Shown here: one piece after another, positions 35,387-45,783 of the stretch | Layout of the letters: every line of letters starts with the position of its first letter | How positions within the stretch are numbered: position 1 is the first letter of the stretch | Source: Bacillota bacterium | GTDB taxonomy: Bacteria; Bacillota; DTU025 | Reading direction: 5' to 3' | NCBI GenBank assembly: GCA_050951805.1 | Contig: JBMNJT010000002.1 | Coordinates: forward strand, 1,024,001-1,088,000 | DNA: 64,000 nt | The notes under the pieces: model-generated | Databases searched by the model: none | What the model was told of the DNA's origin: nothing | What the model saw: only the letters and a program-made list of their open reading frames with translations | Translations under genes and position numbers: made by a program

Positions 35387-36781
35387 ATGCAGGACCTAAC
35401 TCCTCGCGCGATCGTGCGCGAACTCGACAAATACATAGTAGGGCAGGCCTCCGCTAAGAAGGCCGTGGCCATTGCGCTGCGAAACCGGCAACGCAGGCTG
35501 GCGTTGGCTCCGGAAATGCAGGACGACATAATACCCAAGAATATACTGATGATCGGCCCCACTGGAGTAGGGAAAACCGAAATAGCCAGACGCTTGGCTC
35601 GGCTCGTCAACGCTCCTTTCGTGAAGGTGGAGGCGACGAAGTTTACTGAAGTCGGATATGTTGGACGCGATGTCGACAGCATTGTGCGGGAGCTCGTAGA
35701 GACTTCAGTGAGGATGGTAAAAGCAGATAAGATGTCGGGCGTGCAGGAGCAAGCGAAAATACTGGGCGAGGAGCGTCTGCTGGATGCCTTAGCGCCGTTG
35801 CCGACTCGCGATCGTTCTCAGGCCAACCCGTTTGCCGCCCTCTGGGGCATGCCTGTCGGGCAGCCGCAGGATGACCGGATGTTTGAGTCGAAACTGGCCA
35901 GCGCACGGGCGCGCAGGGAAGAGACGAGGGAACGCCTGAGAAGGGGCGAACTGGAAGATGTGATCATTGAGATCGAGATCGATGACGTACAGGGCGGGAT
36001 GATAGAGATCTTTTCCGGGGCCGGAGTGGAAGAGATGGGGATAAACCTTCAGGACCTCATGGGCGAGATGTTGCCTCCGCGCCGCCGCCGCAGAAAATTG
36101 CCTGTTTGTGAAGCTCGAAAAATCCTCATTACCGAGGAGGCCGCGAAGCTCATTGACATGGATGAGGTTGCTGAAGAGGCTATCGCCCGTGCGGAACAGA
36201 GCGGCATAGTATTCATCGACGAGATCGATAAGATCGCCGTCAAAGGGCAGGGCGCAGGGCCCGATGTGTCCCGTGAAGGCGTTCAGAGAGATATCCTGCC
36301 TATAGTGGAGGGGTCGACTGTCCAGACGAAATACGGGCCTGTAAAGACAGGGCACATGTTGTTTATTGCGGCTGGCGCTTTTCACATGTCGAAACCTTCT
36401 GATCTCATTCCGGAGCTGCAAGGGAGATTTCCAATAAGGGTGGAGCTTTCAAGCCTCACCAAAGATGATTTTGTGAGAATACTGACTGAGCCGAAGAACG
36501 CTCTGACCAAGCAATACATGGCTCTTCTTGCTACTGACGGGGTCGATTTGGTGTTTACGGATGATGGGGTTGAAGAGATAGCTAGAATTGCCGACGAGGT
36601 CAATTCCAGCAGTGAGAATATAGGCGCCCGAAGGCTCCATACGATTCTCGAAAAAGTGCTGGAGGAGGTATCTTTCAACGCGCCGGAGCATTCAGAGAGG
36701 GTTGTGGTAGATGCCGACTATGTGCGGTCCAGGCTGGAGCAGTTGGTTACTGAGAGCGATCTTTCGGACTACATTCTGTAG
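35387..36781 (+). CDS. hslU: ATP-dependent protease ATPase subunit HslU/ClpY
   Basis: [51 protein letters not shown] and ENIGARRL. Confidence 0.98.
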   Translation: MQDLTPRAIVRELDKYIVGQASAKKAVAIALRNRQRRLALAPEMQDDIIPKNILMIGPTGVGKTEIARRLARLVNAPFVKVEATKFTEVGYVGRDVDSIVRELVETSVRMVKADKMSGVQEQAKILGEERLLDALAPLPTRDRSQANPFAALWGMPVGQPQDDRMFESKLASARARREETRERLRRGELEDVIIEIEIDDVQGGMIEIFSGAGVEEMGINLQDLMGEMLPPRRRRRKLPVCEARKILITEEAAKLIDMDEVAEEAIARAEQSGIVFIDEIDKIAVKGQGAGPDVSREGVQRDILPIVEGSTVQTKYGPVKTGHMLFIAAGAFHMSKPSDLIPELQGRFPIRVELSSLTKDDFVRILTEPKNALTKQYMALLATDGVDLVFTDDGVEEIARIADEVNSSSENIGARRLHTILEKVLEEVSFNAPEHSERVVVDADYVRSRLEQLVTESDLSDYIL

Positions 36782-36900
36782 CGTCGGCAGATGGCGTGTG
36801 TGATGAAACGCAAATGTTTGGACAAGATAAAAGAGCATAACTTGCTCCTAATCTGAAGCGCACGGACATGCGTCCGTGGTTGGTGAGAGGAGGTCTCAAA

Positions 36901-37695
36901 GTGAACTCACTACTGGAGCGCACACGGAAGCTAGGCAGGCTGATCCAGAGTTCCCCAGGACATGCAGGACGTTTTGAGGAGATTGCCCACGCGCTTGCAG
37001 AGGCCGTGTCAGGCCAGGCCTTTGTTGTTGCGAAAAATGGGAAGATATTGGGCCATTCTCTGCCCCACCTGACTGACGATGATTTTGAAGTATTGGATTC
37101 CGAAATCCTTGGGAACGGCTACGTGCCACAGAAGGTGAATGAAGAGTTTCTCGCGATATTTGAGACAGCCGCGAATCGCAGGCCCAGTAATGGGATGCGC
37201 GCGTTCTGCAATGAGATGTTGGGGGGATCGTCAGAATCGTGTCGCTTGACTGTCGCTCCGATATATGGCGGGGGTGAGCGAGTCGGAACGTTGCTTCTTT
37301 CGAAGTCCGACGGCGAACTCGGCGAAAACGACATAATGCTCGCTGAATATGGCGCAACATTCATAGGAATGGAAATCTACAGGTCAAGAAGTGAGAAGGC
37401 CGAGGAAGAGGCGAGAAAGCGCGCAGCTGTGCAGATGGCCCTCGAAACGCTCTCGTATTCAGAACAGGAGGCGGTCGAGCACATCTTTGACGAACTTGCC
37501 GGCGATGAAGGGCTTCTCGTGGCCTCCAAAATCGCTGACAGAGTGGGCATAACGAGGTCTGTAATCGTCAATGCGCTGCGCAAGTTCGAGAGTGCCGGCG
37601 TGATCGAATCGCGCTCGCTCGGGATGAAGGGCACATACATACGGGTTCTCAATGACAAATTATTCGACGAACTTGATAGGCTGCGCGCTCGTTAG
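36901..37695 (+). CDS. codY: GTP/BCAA-sensing regulator CodY
   Basis: LLERTRK, GGGER.GTL and LSYSE..A..HIF.EL.G.EG.LVASKIADRVGITRSVIVNALRKFESAGVIESRSLGMKGT. Confidence 0.97.
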   Translation: MNSLLERTRKLGRLIQSSPGHAGRFEEIAHALAEAVSGQAFVVAKNGKILGHSLPHLTDDDFEVLDSEILGNGYVPQKVNEEFLAIFETAANRRPSNGMRAFCNEMLGGSSESCRLTVAPIYGGGERVGTLLLSKSDGELGENDIMLAEYGATFIGMEIYRSRSEKAEEEARKRAAVQMALETLSYSEQEAVEHIFDELAGDEGLLVASKIADRVGITRSVIVNALRKFESAGVIESRSLGMKGTYIRVLNDKLFDELDRLRAR

Positions 37696-37829
37696 GTTTG
37701 GGCTGCAGTAAGTGGGAGGGTCAAGTCCTGGCTGCTTACGTGACAAAAGGAGACGTTGTTGCTGTTGCAAACGAAAATGGCAAGGCAACAGGTTGCTCGT
37801 GCACTGTGTGATGCGCCCTTGTGGCGAGA

Positions 37830-37858
37830 TTGCAGGCCGCTTCAGCGTGTGATATACT
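37830..37858 (+). promoter_or_regulatory. SigA promoter of rpsB-tsf
   Basis: TTGCAG-17 nt-TATACT with extended -10 TG. Confidence 0.65.
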
Positions 37859-37869
37859 TACCGCTGTGC

Positions 37870-37962
37870 GACTACACACGACCTTATGATCGGGGTTGGC
37901 GGTGCTGGGCGCCAGGTGGGCGTCTGGTGGAACTCCGGGATGATGAGGTCGGAGGGGAAACC
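37870..37962 (+). promoter_or_regulatory. Ribosomal protein S2 autoregulatory leader RNA
   Basis: ACACAC at the 5' end, GACCTTAT...ATGAGGTC stem and GGAGG..AAACC, between the promoter and rpsB. Confidence 0.6.
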
Positions 37963-37984
37963 GCTGCGGGAGGAGGTGATTGGC

Positions 37985-38785
37985 ATGGCAGTGGTGACTA
38001 TGAAGCAACTGCTCGAAGCAGGCGTACATTTTGGACACCAGACAAGGCGCTGGAATCCTAAAATGAAGCCGTACATCTTCACTTCGCGAAATGGCATCTA
38101 CATCATCGACCTCCAGCAGACTGTGAGAAAACTGGACGAGGCTTATGATTTCGTCCGTGAAACCGTACAGGACGGCGGAACGGTGCTTTTCGTGGGCACG
38201 AAGAAGCAGGCACGCGATACGATCGCTGAAGAAGCTCAGCGGTGTGGAATGTATTGGGTGAATGAGCGCTGGCTAGGCGGGATGCTTACTAACTTCGCCA
38301 CCATGCGCAAACGCGTGGAGTGGATGAAGAAGCTTGAGCAGATGGAAGAGGACGGTTCCTTTGACGCGCTGCCCAAAAAGGAAGTCCAAAAGCTTATTGC
38401 CGAAAGGACTAAGTTGCAGAAGCGTCTGATTGGAATACGTGACATGAAGCAACTCCCCAGTGCTGTGTTTGTTGTGGATCCTCGCAAGGAGAGGATTGCA
38501 GTGGCTGAAGCCAGAAGGCTCGATATCCCGATCATTGCGATCGTCGATACCAACTGCGATCCTGACGAGGTGGACTACGTGATCCCAGGCAACGATGATG
38601 CGATTCGTGCTGTAAGGCTTCTTACATCCAAGATCGCCGATGCTGTTATCGAAGGCCGTGAAGGCTTGGATCAGGCTCTTGCCGAGGAAGAACAAGATGA
38701 GGGATTCAGCGCGGATGGCAACAACGGGGAATTCCAAGCGTCTGCAAAGTCGGATGATGCCGACGAATTCGAGGACGCTGAGTAA
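37985..38785 (+). CDS. rpsB: 30S ribosomal protein uS2
   Basis: [31 protein letters not shown] and PGNDDAIR. Confidence 0.98.
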   Translation: MAVVTMKQLLEAGVHFGHQTRRWNPKMKPYIFTSRNGIYIIDLQQTVRKLDEAYDFVRETVQDGGTVLFVGTKKQARDTIAEEAQRCGMYWVNERWLGGMLTNFATMRKRVEWMKKLEQMEEDGSFDALPKKEVQKLIAERTKLQKRLIGIRDMKQLPSAVFVVDPRKERIAVAEARRLDIPIIAIVDTNCDPDEVDYVIPGNDDAIRAVRLLTSKIADAVIEGREGLDQALAEEEQDEGFSADGNNGEFQASAKSDDADEFEDAE

Positions 38786-38805
38786 ACGCGGGGGGACGTC
38801 TGCTG

Positions 38806-39405
38806 ATGGAAATCACTGCATCCATGGTAAAGGAGCTTCGTGAACGTACGGGCGCGGGGATGATGGACTGCAAGAGGGCGCTTGTCGAGACCGATGGGGA
38901 TTTTGACAAGGCTGTAACACTCCTTCGCGAGAAGGGCCTTGCTGCGGCGTCAAAGCGTGCCGGGAGGGAGACTGCGGAGGGTGTAGTTGAGTCCTACATC
39001 CACATGGGTGGCAGGATAGGCGTGCTGATTGAGGTCAATTGTGAGACGGATTTCGTTGCTAAGACCGATCAGTTTCGCACCCTGGCGCGGGATTTGGCCA
39101 TGCAAGTGGCTGCCTCAAGGCCGCTGTACGTATCACGCGACGAAGTGCCGGAAGATGTGATCGAACGTGAACGTCAAATATACCGAACTCAGGCGCTTAA
39201 CGAGGGCAAGCCGGAGAAGGTTGCTGACAGAATCGTAGAGGGCAAGCTGGAGAAGTTCTATCAAGAAGTTTGCCTTCTCGATCAACCCTTCATCCGTGAA
39301 CCGGAAAAATCCGTGAGTGACCTCGTTCGCGAGACGATAGGGACTTTGGGTGAAAACATCACAGTGAGAAGATTTGCCCGATTCGAACGCGGAGAGGCGC
39401 TTTGA
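38806..39405 (+). CDS. tsf: Elongation factor Ts (short 199-aa form)
   Basis: [16 protein letters not shown] and [10 protein letters not shown]. Confidence 0.97.
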   Translation: MEITASMVKELRERTGAGMMDCKRALVETDGDFDKAVTLLREKGLAAASKRAGRETAEGVVESYIHMGGRIGVLIEVNCETDFVAKTDQFRTLARDLAMQVAASRPLYVSRDEVPEDVIERERQIYRTQALNEGKPEKVADRIVEGKLEKFYQEVCLLDQPFIREPEKSVSDLVRETIGTLGENITVRRFARFERGEAL

Positions 39406-39420
39406 TAAGGTCAATCAGGT

Positions 39421-39452
39421 GAGGAGAGAACACGTCCGGTGTTCTCTCCTTC
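39421..39452 (+). terminator. Hairpin after tsf
   Basis: GGAGAGAACAC-gtccg-GTGTTCTCTCC followed by TTC. Confidence 0.55.
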
Positions 39453-39484
39453 GCATAGCCGCCGTGGTGTATGAAACGGATTTA

Positions 39485-39511
39485 GAAGGAAAATTGGCGT
39501 TCGCATAGAAT
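39485..39511 (+). promoter_or_regulatory. SigH-type promoter upstream of pyrH-frr
   Basis: GAAGGAAAA-N11-ATAGAAT, exact consensus match. Confidence 0.6.
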
Positions 39512-39530
39512 CCAACGGGGAGTGACAATC

Positions 39531-40250
39531 TTGGAAAGGCCCAAATACAGCCGGGTAGTCCTGAAGCTGTCCGGGGAGGCGCTTGCAGGAGAACGGGGAT
39601 TTGGTGTTGATATCGACACTGTAAGATGGATAGCCGGCCAAGTTTCGGAAGCGTATGCCTTGGGTACGCAATTGGCTATAGTTGTTGGCGGAGGTAACAT
39701 CTGGCGGGGATCTGAGGCAAGTCGGATGGGCATGGATCGAAGCAGTGCAGACTATGCGGGCATGCTCGCTACAGTGATAAATTCCGTAGTGCTGCAGGAA
39801 GCCCTTGAGGATTCAGGAATACCGACGAGGGTGCTAACAGCCATAGAGATACGCGAGGTGGCTGAACCATACATACGGCGCAGAGCCATACGTCATCTGG
39901 AGAAAGGCCGGATCGTAATCTTCGGAGCGGGTACTGGAAATCCGTTTTTCTCGACTGACACCGCAGCGGCTTTGCGGGCGGCTGAGATAGAGGCGGATGT
40001 GATCTTGATGGCGAAAAGGGTCGATGGAGTATACGATCGTGATCCGCTGAAGAATCCAGAAGCAAAGTTTTACGAGAAATTATCATTCATTGATGTCATC
40101 AGTCGCGAGCTTGGCGTGATGGATTCCACGGCAGCTTCGCTTTGCATGGACAATGGGATACCGATTGTTGTCTTCAACTTGCTCACCGAAGGGAACATAA
40201 AAAGGGCGCTCATGGGTGAGCCGGTTGGGACGTGGATTGGGGGGGACTAG
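39531..40250 (+). CDS. pyrH: UMP kinase
   Basis: [23 protein letters not shown] and [14 protein letters not shown]; SD GGGGAG supports TTG 39531. Confidence 0.97.
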   Translation: MERPKYSRVVLKLSGEALAGERGFGVDIDTVRWIAGQVSEAYALGTQLAIVVGGGNIWRGSEASRMGMDRSSADYAGMLATVINSVVLQEALEDSGIPTRVLTAIEIREVAEPYIRRRAIRHLEKGRIVIFGAGTGNPFFSTDTAAALRAAEIEADVILMAKRVDGVYDRDPLKNPEAKFYEKLSFIDVISRELGVMDSTAASLCMDNGIPIVVFNLLTEGNIKRALMGEPVGTWIGGD

Positions 40251-40252
40251 GT

Positions 40253-40810
40253 GTGTACAAGGACGAGCTAGAACTGGCAGAGGAACGGATGAAGGAAGTG
40301 GTCGAATCCACAAGTCGAGATTTTGCTGGAGTCCGCACCGGGCGTGCCAATCCAGCCCTCCTGGATAGGATAGTGGTAGACTATTATGACACTCCGACAC
40401 CTCTGACACAGATAGCTAGCGTTTCGGCGCCTGAACCGCGTTTGCTCGTGGTAACGCCATGGGATAAATCGGTTTTGGGTAAGATCGAGAAAGCGATTCA
40501 AAAATCCGATATTGGTCTGGTTCCTACGAATGATGGCAATGTTATCCGCATGGCTATTCCGCATCTTACAGAGGAACGCAGACGTGAATTGGTCAAGCTC
40601 GTTAGGAAGATGGCTGAGGAGAAGCGAATCAGCATCAGGGGGATAAGGCGTGACGCCATAGAGGAGTTTCGTGTTCTCGAGAAAGACGGCATAATCACCG
40701 AAGATGAACTGCGGCGAGCTCAGGACGAAATTCAAAAACTGACTGACAAGTATATTGCAGACATCGATAATATGTTGGCCGATAAGGAAGTCGAGATAAT
40801 GCAGGTCTGA
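40253..40810 (+). CDS. frr: Ribosome recycling factor
   Basis: RTGRANP, YY.TPTPL, P.NDG..IR..P.LTEERR and IQKLTD. Confidence 0.97.
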   Translation: MYKDELELAEERMKEVVESTSRDFAGVRTGRANPALLDRIVVDYYDTPTPLTQIASVSAPEPRLLVVTPWDKSVLGKIEKAIQKSDIGLVPTNDGNVIRMAIPHLTEERRRELVKLVRKMAEEKRISIRGIRRDAIEEFRVLEKDGIITEDELRRAQDEIQKLTDKYIADIDNMLADKEVEIMQV

Positions 40811-40833
40811 GCCTTGTGCATTGCTAAGGCTTA

Positions 40834-40860
40834 CAACCCCCTCGATTCGAGGGGGTTTAT
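40834..40860 (+). terminator. Terminator after frr
   Basis: AACCCCCTCGA-t-TCGAGGGGGTT followed by TAT. Confidence 0.6.
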
Positions 40861-40939
40861 AGTATGATCTCAATCTTCTCTCGGCGTGATGCCGCGATGG
40901 GCGATGTCACCTTGAATCGCCCCGAAGGGAGGAAACCAT

Positions 40940-41671
40940 TTGCTTCCAGAGCATATAGGGATAATCATGGACGGAAATGGCAGGTGGGCTCAGCGACAGG
41001 GAAAGCCGCGCCTATATGGCCACCAAGTCGGGGCGAATAGAGCTAAGAACATCGTTCTTGCCGCACGCGACAGGGGAATAGGGTACGTTACCTTGTTTGC
41101 ATTTTCCACTGAGAATTGGAAGAGGCCTATTTCTGAAGTCCAGGGCTTGTTTCTGCTGATGGAGGAGTTCTTCAGGGAAAACGCTGATGAACTGGCTGAG
41201 AGTGGCGTTAAGGTGAATGTCATCGGCGACAGGAGCCGACTTCCGAGGTCGATTCGCACAGTAGCCGCTAATGCTGAGAGGATCACGGCGAATGCCTCCA
41301 GGATTATTGTTAACATTGCCCTCAACTACGGAGGCAGATGGGATGTGGCTTCGGCTCTTCGTCGAATCGCGGAAGATGTTGCTGCAGGGAGGCTGGACGC
41401 GTCGGACATTGACGAGGATCTGATTTCGTCAAGGCTTGCCACCGCTGGTCAGCCAGATCCGGACTTGATAATCCGCACTGGCGGTGAGAGCAGGATCAGC
41501 AACTTCATGCTGTGGCAGGTCGCGTATGCTGAAATATACGTGACCCAGACGCTATGGCCGGATTTTCGCGATGAGGATCTCGATGCCGCCATCTCATTTT
41601 TTCTCTCAAGGACGAGACGCTATGGCGGGCTAAAGACCGCGCCTCACAACGGTCGAGGTGAAGGCGGATGA
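40940..41671 (+). CDS. uppS: Undecaprenyl diphosphate synthase
   Basis: PEHIGIIMDGNGRWA, FSTENWKRP, NYGGR, PDLIIRTGGE.RISNF.LWQ..YAE and RRYGG. Confidence 0.96.
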   Translation: MLPEHIGIIMDGNGRWAQRQGKPRLYGHQVGANRAKNIVLAARDRGIGYVTLFAFSTENWKRPISEVQGLFLLMEEFFRENADELAESGVKVNVIGDRSRLPRSIRTVAANAERITANASRIIVNIALNYGGRWDVASALRRIAEDVAAGRLDASDIDEDLISSRLATAGQPDPDLIIRTGGESRISNFMLWQVAYAEIYVTQTLWPDFRDEDLDAAISFFLSRTRRYGGLKTAPHNGRGEGG

Positions 41672-42480
41672 TGAGGACGAGGGTGTTGGTTGGTCTGATA
41701 GGCGCGCCCATTGGCATATTCGTGTTGTGGTTGGGCGGGGTGCCCTTAGCCATTGTAGGGGCTGTTTTGGCGGTCGTAGGCGGTATGGAATACGCCAGGA
41801 TGTGCAAGACAAAGGCATGGACTCCGAGTCAGCCGCTGATATCTGCGGGATCTGCCCTTTTTGTTGTCGATGCTGTTTTAGCCGGTGGCAGGTTCAGCGG
41901 CTCGTTGCTCTCCTTGGTTTTGGCTCTTTCCCTTGCCGGGCAGGTGATGAAGGCGAAGCCTACGGGTTCCATGGCCGTTCCGGCCCTTGAAGTGTTCGGG
42001 GTTGTGTACTGTGGATGGACCTTAAGCCGCTTCTGTCTGATAAGGGGCACTTTTGGCGATGCTGGGCTAGGCCTATCCCTTCTGATGATGGTGCTTGTGT
42101 GGTTTAATGATATGGGCGCATTCTTTGTTGGAAGAGCGATCGGACGGCGTAAGCTGGCTCCAAGCATGTCGCCAAACAAGACTATTGAAGGCTCCATAGG
42201 CGGTTTCGTCTGGGCTGTGCTTGCATCAATCGCATACAAGGCTTTGGGAGACGTGACTGGCTTATGGTATACTCTCAGTTGGCCACAGGCTATCATTTTC
42301 GCGCTTCTTGTGGCGGCGTCCGGCCAGATCGGGGATCTTGCTGAGTCTGGCATGAAACGCGATGCAGGTGTGAAGGATGCGGGGAGGATGTTCCCGGGCC
42401 ATGGCGGGGTGTTGGACAGATTTGATAGCTTCTTCTTCGTCAGCCCGATCGCATACTATTACCTGAGATTGATGCTTTAA
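41668..42480 (+). CDS. cdsA: Phosphatidate cytidylyltransferase
   Basis: Multiple TM helices; SPNKTIEG, GDLAES..KR..GVKD and PGHGGVLDRFDS. Confidence 0.96.
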   Translation: MMRTRVLVGLIGAPIGIFVLWLGGVPLAIVGAVLAVVGGMEYARMCKTKAWTPSQPLISAGSALFVVDAVLAGGRFSGSLLSLVLALSLAGQVMKAKPTGSMAVPALEVFGVVYCGWTLSRFCLIRGTFGDAGLGLSLLMMVLVWFNDMGAFFVGRAIGRRKLAPSMSPNKTIEGSIGGFVWAVLASIAYKALGDVTGLWYTLSWPQAIIFALLVAASGQIGDLAESGMKRDAGVKDAGRMFPGHGGVLDRFDSFFFVSPIAYYYLRLML

Positions 42481-42514
42481 TTCGTCGAAGACGCACATGC
42501 GCGGAGGTGTCTCG

Positions 42515-43558
42515 GTGAGCAACAACGCCAAGGCCGCGATATCCCTTGGGGGGCTAATAGTAGGAACATATCTGGTGATCATGTATGTGCTTCCCCTTTT
42601 CAGGCCTTTCGTGATCGCGCTTTTCTTGGCCATCATGATAGAGCCTGGAGTCAAGCTTGTACAAAAGAACCCCAAGATTTCCAGGGGAGTTGCCGTTGCA
42701 ATAGTGCTTGTAGTGTTGGGGCTCGTGCTTGGGCTGCTCATTGCCTTGGGAGTTACCGAAATAGCAAAGGAAATTGACCAGCTATCGCGGAATATGGGTG
42801 GCCTTAGCCGGTCGTTCAGTGAGTCCTTGGACAACCTTGTGGGAAGGACCGAGGATTTCTTCGCCTACTTGCCAGTTCCTTTTGTAGAAGCCCTAAGGGA
42901 AAATCAGGATAAGCTGTTTCAGGTGGTTCGAACGGGGGTCTCTGGAGTTGCATCTTTTCTGGGGGGCCTTCCCGAATTCACGCTGGTCTTCATGCTCAGC
43001 ATTATCTCTACGTTTTTCATATCCCGCGATCACCCGCGTTTCTCCGAGAATCTTTTGAAGGCGTTGCCGAGATCGTGGCGAAAGCAAGCGCGAAAGGTCA
43101 GAGGCGAACTGCTTGCCGGGTTTGTGGGTTATCTGAGATCAAGATTTGTATTGATGTGCATGACTGGCATAATGACGGTTATCGGGTTTTCTATCATGGG
43201 CATCAGCTATGCGTGGCTTTTGGGGTTGGTCTGTGCACTCCTCGACCTGATGCCGGTCGTAGGCCCGTCTCTTCTCATTCTGCCATGGGCCGGCTATCAT
43301 TTCGTAGTTGGCCACTTCGGTTTTGGGTTGGGTCTAATTATAGTGTTGGCGGTCAACTCTATTGTGCGCCAGATTGCTGAGGGAAAAGTGATGGGGGAGA
43401 ATCTCGACCTTCATCCGCTCGTCGCTCTCGTGTCTATATACGTGGGAATTCGCCTGTTTGGCACAAAGGGCTTTATAGCAGGGCCGCTGGCAGTGATATT
43501 TATCAAAGCAGTATATCAGTCGGTAATCCTGCCAATGTTTCCATTTGATGAGGAGTAA
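42515..43558 (+). CDS. ytvI: Sporulation integral membrane protein YtvI (AI-2E family)
   Basis: PFVIA..LA..IEP.V, FFISRD, D..PV.GP....PW and LHPL..L.S.Y.G..LFG..G.I.GP; SD GGAGGTG before GTG 42515. Confidence 0.85.
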   Translation: MSNNAKAAISLGGLIVGTYLVIMYVLPLFRPFVIALFLAIMIEPGVKLVQKNPKISRGVAVAIVLVVLGLVLGLLIALGVTEIAKEIDQLSRNMGGLSRSFSESLDNLVGRTEDFFAYLPVPFVEALRENQDKLFQVVRTGVSGVASFLGGLPEFTLVFMLSIISTFFISRDHPRFSENLLKALPRSWRKQARKVRGELLAGFVGYLRSRFVLMCMTGIMTVIGFSIMGISYAWLLGLVCALLDLMPVVGPSLLILPWAGYHFVVGHFGFGLGLIIVLAVNSIVRQIAEGKVMGENLDLHPLVALVSIYVGIRLFGTKGFIAGPLAVIFIKAVYQSVILPMFPFDEE

Positions 43559-43561
43559 GAT

Positions 43562-44716
43562 ATGACATCTATTTGCATTCTTGGCTCCACCGGATCGGTG
43601 GGTGTTCAATCTCTTGAGGTTGCGCGTTCTCTAGGGCTGAAGGTGAGTGGCTTATCAGCTTATTCCGAAGTCGAGCTCCTAGCTGAGCAGGCGCGCCAGT
43701 TCGGTCCCGCCATGGTTGGAATTGGCGATGTGCGCGCCGAAGCGCGGGCGAGAGCTTTATTCTCCCGCATGAGTACGCCGCCGGAATTGTTTTTTGGGCC
43801 AGAAGGCGTTTCACAGGTCGCGGCGGCAGCGGAACACGATTTAGTGGTCAATGCCATCGTGGGGTTTGCGGGGGTATGGCCTACCTTGGCTGCGATCGAT
43901 GCTGGGCACGACGTGGCGCTCGCCAACAAGGAGACACTTGTGGCTGCAGGTTCTGTGGTAATGGATCGGGCTCGGCAGGAGGGAGTGGCCATTAGGCCGA
44001 TAGACAGCGAGCATTCAGCCATATACCAATGCATCCAGGGACAGGGCAGGGAAGCTGTCGCACGCATCATTCTTACGGCGTCAGGCGGCCCATTCATTGA
44101 CAGGTATGATTTTGCTGATATCTCTGTGGCGGAAGCCATATCCCATCCTAATTGGAACATGGGTCCCAAGATTTCCGTGGATTCGGCCACGATGATCAAC
44201 AAGGCGTTGGAGGTCGTAGAAGCTCGCTGGCTTTTCGATGTGGATTCGGAGATGATAGATATCGTGGTCCACCGCGAAAGCGTCATCCATTCAATGGTGG
44301 AGTACTGCGATGGCTCGATAATCGCGCAGCTGGGGACGGCAGACATGCGCACTCCGATACAATATGCCCTGACATGCCCCGAAAGGGTCGAAGGGCTGGC
44401 TGCCAAGCTCGACTTGAGCTCCATCGGGAAACTGACCTTTGAGAAACCTGATCTTTCCAGGTTTCCTGGGGCGGGATTGGGACATGAAGCTTTGAGGCAT
44501 AAAGGCGTGGTTCCTGCAGTCATGTCGGCCGCAAATGAGGAGGCTGTGCGCCTATTTCTCCACGGTGATGTGCGTTTCGTCGACATTGTGGACCTCGTGA
44601 TGGAAGCGATGGAATCATCTCCCCGAATAGAAGAACCTTCTTTGGATGACATAGTTGAAGCGGATGTATGGGCCAGGGAGTTTGTGAGAGGAAGGTGTCG
44701 CTCATGTACGCGCTAG
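43562..44716 (+). CDS. dxr: 1-deoxy-D-xylulose-5-phosphate reductoisomerase
   Basis: LGSTGSVG, ALANKE.LV, PIDSEH.A, LTASGGPF, HP.W.MG.KIS.DSAT and ANE. Confidence 0.97.
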   Translation: MTSICILGSTGSVGVQSLEVARSLGLKVSGLSAYSEVELLAEQARQFGPAMVGIGDVRAEARARALFSRMSTPPELFFGPEGVSQVAAAAEHDLVVNAIVGFAGVWPTLAAIDAGHDVALANKETLVAAGSVVMDRARQEGVAIRPIDSEHSAIYQCIQGQGREAVARIILTASGGPFIDRYDFADISVAEAISHPNWNMGPKISVDSATMINKALEVVEARWLFDVDSEMIDIVVHRESVIHSMVEYCDGSIIAQLGTADMRTPIQYALTCPERVEGLAAKLDLSSIGKLTFEKPDLSRFPGAGLGHEALRHKGVVPAVMSAANEEAVRLFLHGDVRFVDIVDLVMEAMESSPRIEEPSLDDIVEADVWAREFVRGRCRSCTR

Positions 44717-45744
44717 CCTTCTTGGTGGTGCTTGGAATTGTCGTGCTTGTCCACGAGTATGGTCATTTCGCCGCGGCGAGAGCTTGTGGGGTGAAGGTCT
44801 ACGAATTTGCCATTGGTTTCGGACCCCAGCTGTTTTCTTGGAAGAGAGGGGAGACGCTCTATGCCGTGCGAGCCCTCCCACTAGGGGGCATGTGCAGGCT
44901 TGCAGGTATGGACGATTCGGACCTCCCGGAGGAGCAGATGGAGGAGGATGATCCCAGGAGCTTCCTCAACCGCCCTATATGGCAGAGAGTGCTCATAGTT
45001 GTCGCGGGGCCGCTTATGAACTTCGTCCTTGCCGTGGTCATACTCTCGGTTCTCTTCTCGTCATACGGTGTCCCCATGGCATCAGTTGTCGAAGTCTTCG
45101 ATGGAAGTCCGGCGGAGGCAGCAGGGTTTGAGTCGGGCGACAAGATAGTAAGCATAGACGGAAAGCCCGTAGCGAGTGTGGCTGGGTTTATAAACACCGT
45201 GGCTTCGAGCGCGGGAAAGAAACTCATAGTGGAGGCATTGCGCGATGGGGAGACGATCATCATCGATGTGACCCCTATCCGCGATGCAGAGGAGAATATA
45301 GGTCGGGTAGGTATGAGCCTCGTAGAGGTCTATAGCAAGACTGGGACGGGCGCTGCCATAGTTGGTTCGTTGAGGTATACATGGGGGATAGTCGACACTA
45401 CCTTGGCTTCGATGGGAGCGGCGCTTGCGGGAAGGGTCAAGCCCGAGGTGGCGGGCCCTGTAGGGATAGCTGGCATGTCGGCGCAGGCGGCCCGGGCCGG
45501 CTTTCCGAGCTTGATGATGCTTGTGGCCCTCATCTCTACAAGCCTGGGGCTGCTCAATCTGATGCCAATTCCTTTTCTCGATGGCGGATGGGTTCTGTTT
45601 CTGATCATCGAAGCTGTGAGGGGGAAGCCGCTTTCTCCTCAAGTAGAGGGTTTTCTCAGGTTTATCGGGCTAGCGTTGCTCATGCTCTTGCTCGTGTATG
45701 CTACTGTGAGCGATATTTCGAGGATTATGGTTCAACGCATGTAG
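44704..45744 (+). CDS. rseP: Site-2 (RIP) zinc metalloprotease RseP/RasP with PDZ domain
   Basis: HEYGH, FAIGFGP, PLGG, AGPLMN, GPVGI and NL.P.P.LDGG. Confidence 0.95.
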   Translation: MYALAFLVVLGIVVLVHEYGHFAAARACGVKVYEFAIGFGPQLFSWKRGETLYAVRALPLGGMCRLAGMDDSDLPEEQMEEDDPRSFLNRPIWQRVLIVVAGPLMNFVLAVVILSVLFSSYGVPMASVVEVFDGSPAEAAGFESGDKIVSIDGKPVASVAGFINTVASSAGKKLIVEALRDGETIIIDVTPIRDAEENIGRVGMSLVEVYSKTGTGAAIVGSLRYTWGIVDTTLASMGAALAGRVKPEVAGPVGIAGMSAQAARAGFPSLMMLVALISTSLGLLNLMPIPFLDGGWVLFLIIEAVRGKPLSPQVEGFLRFIGLALLMLLLVYATVSDISRIMVQRM

Positions 45745-45783
45745 ACTATGCGGCTTACTGCCAGATCAGGCGGTGTTTGTCAA

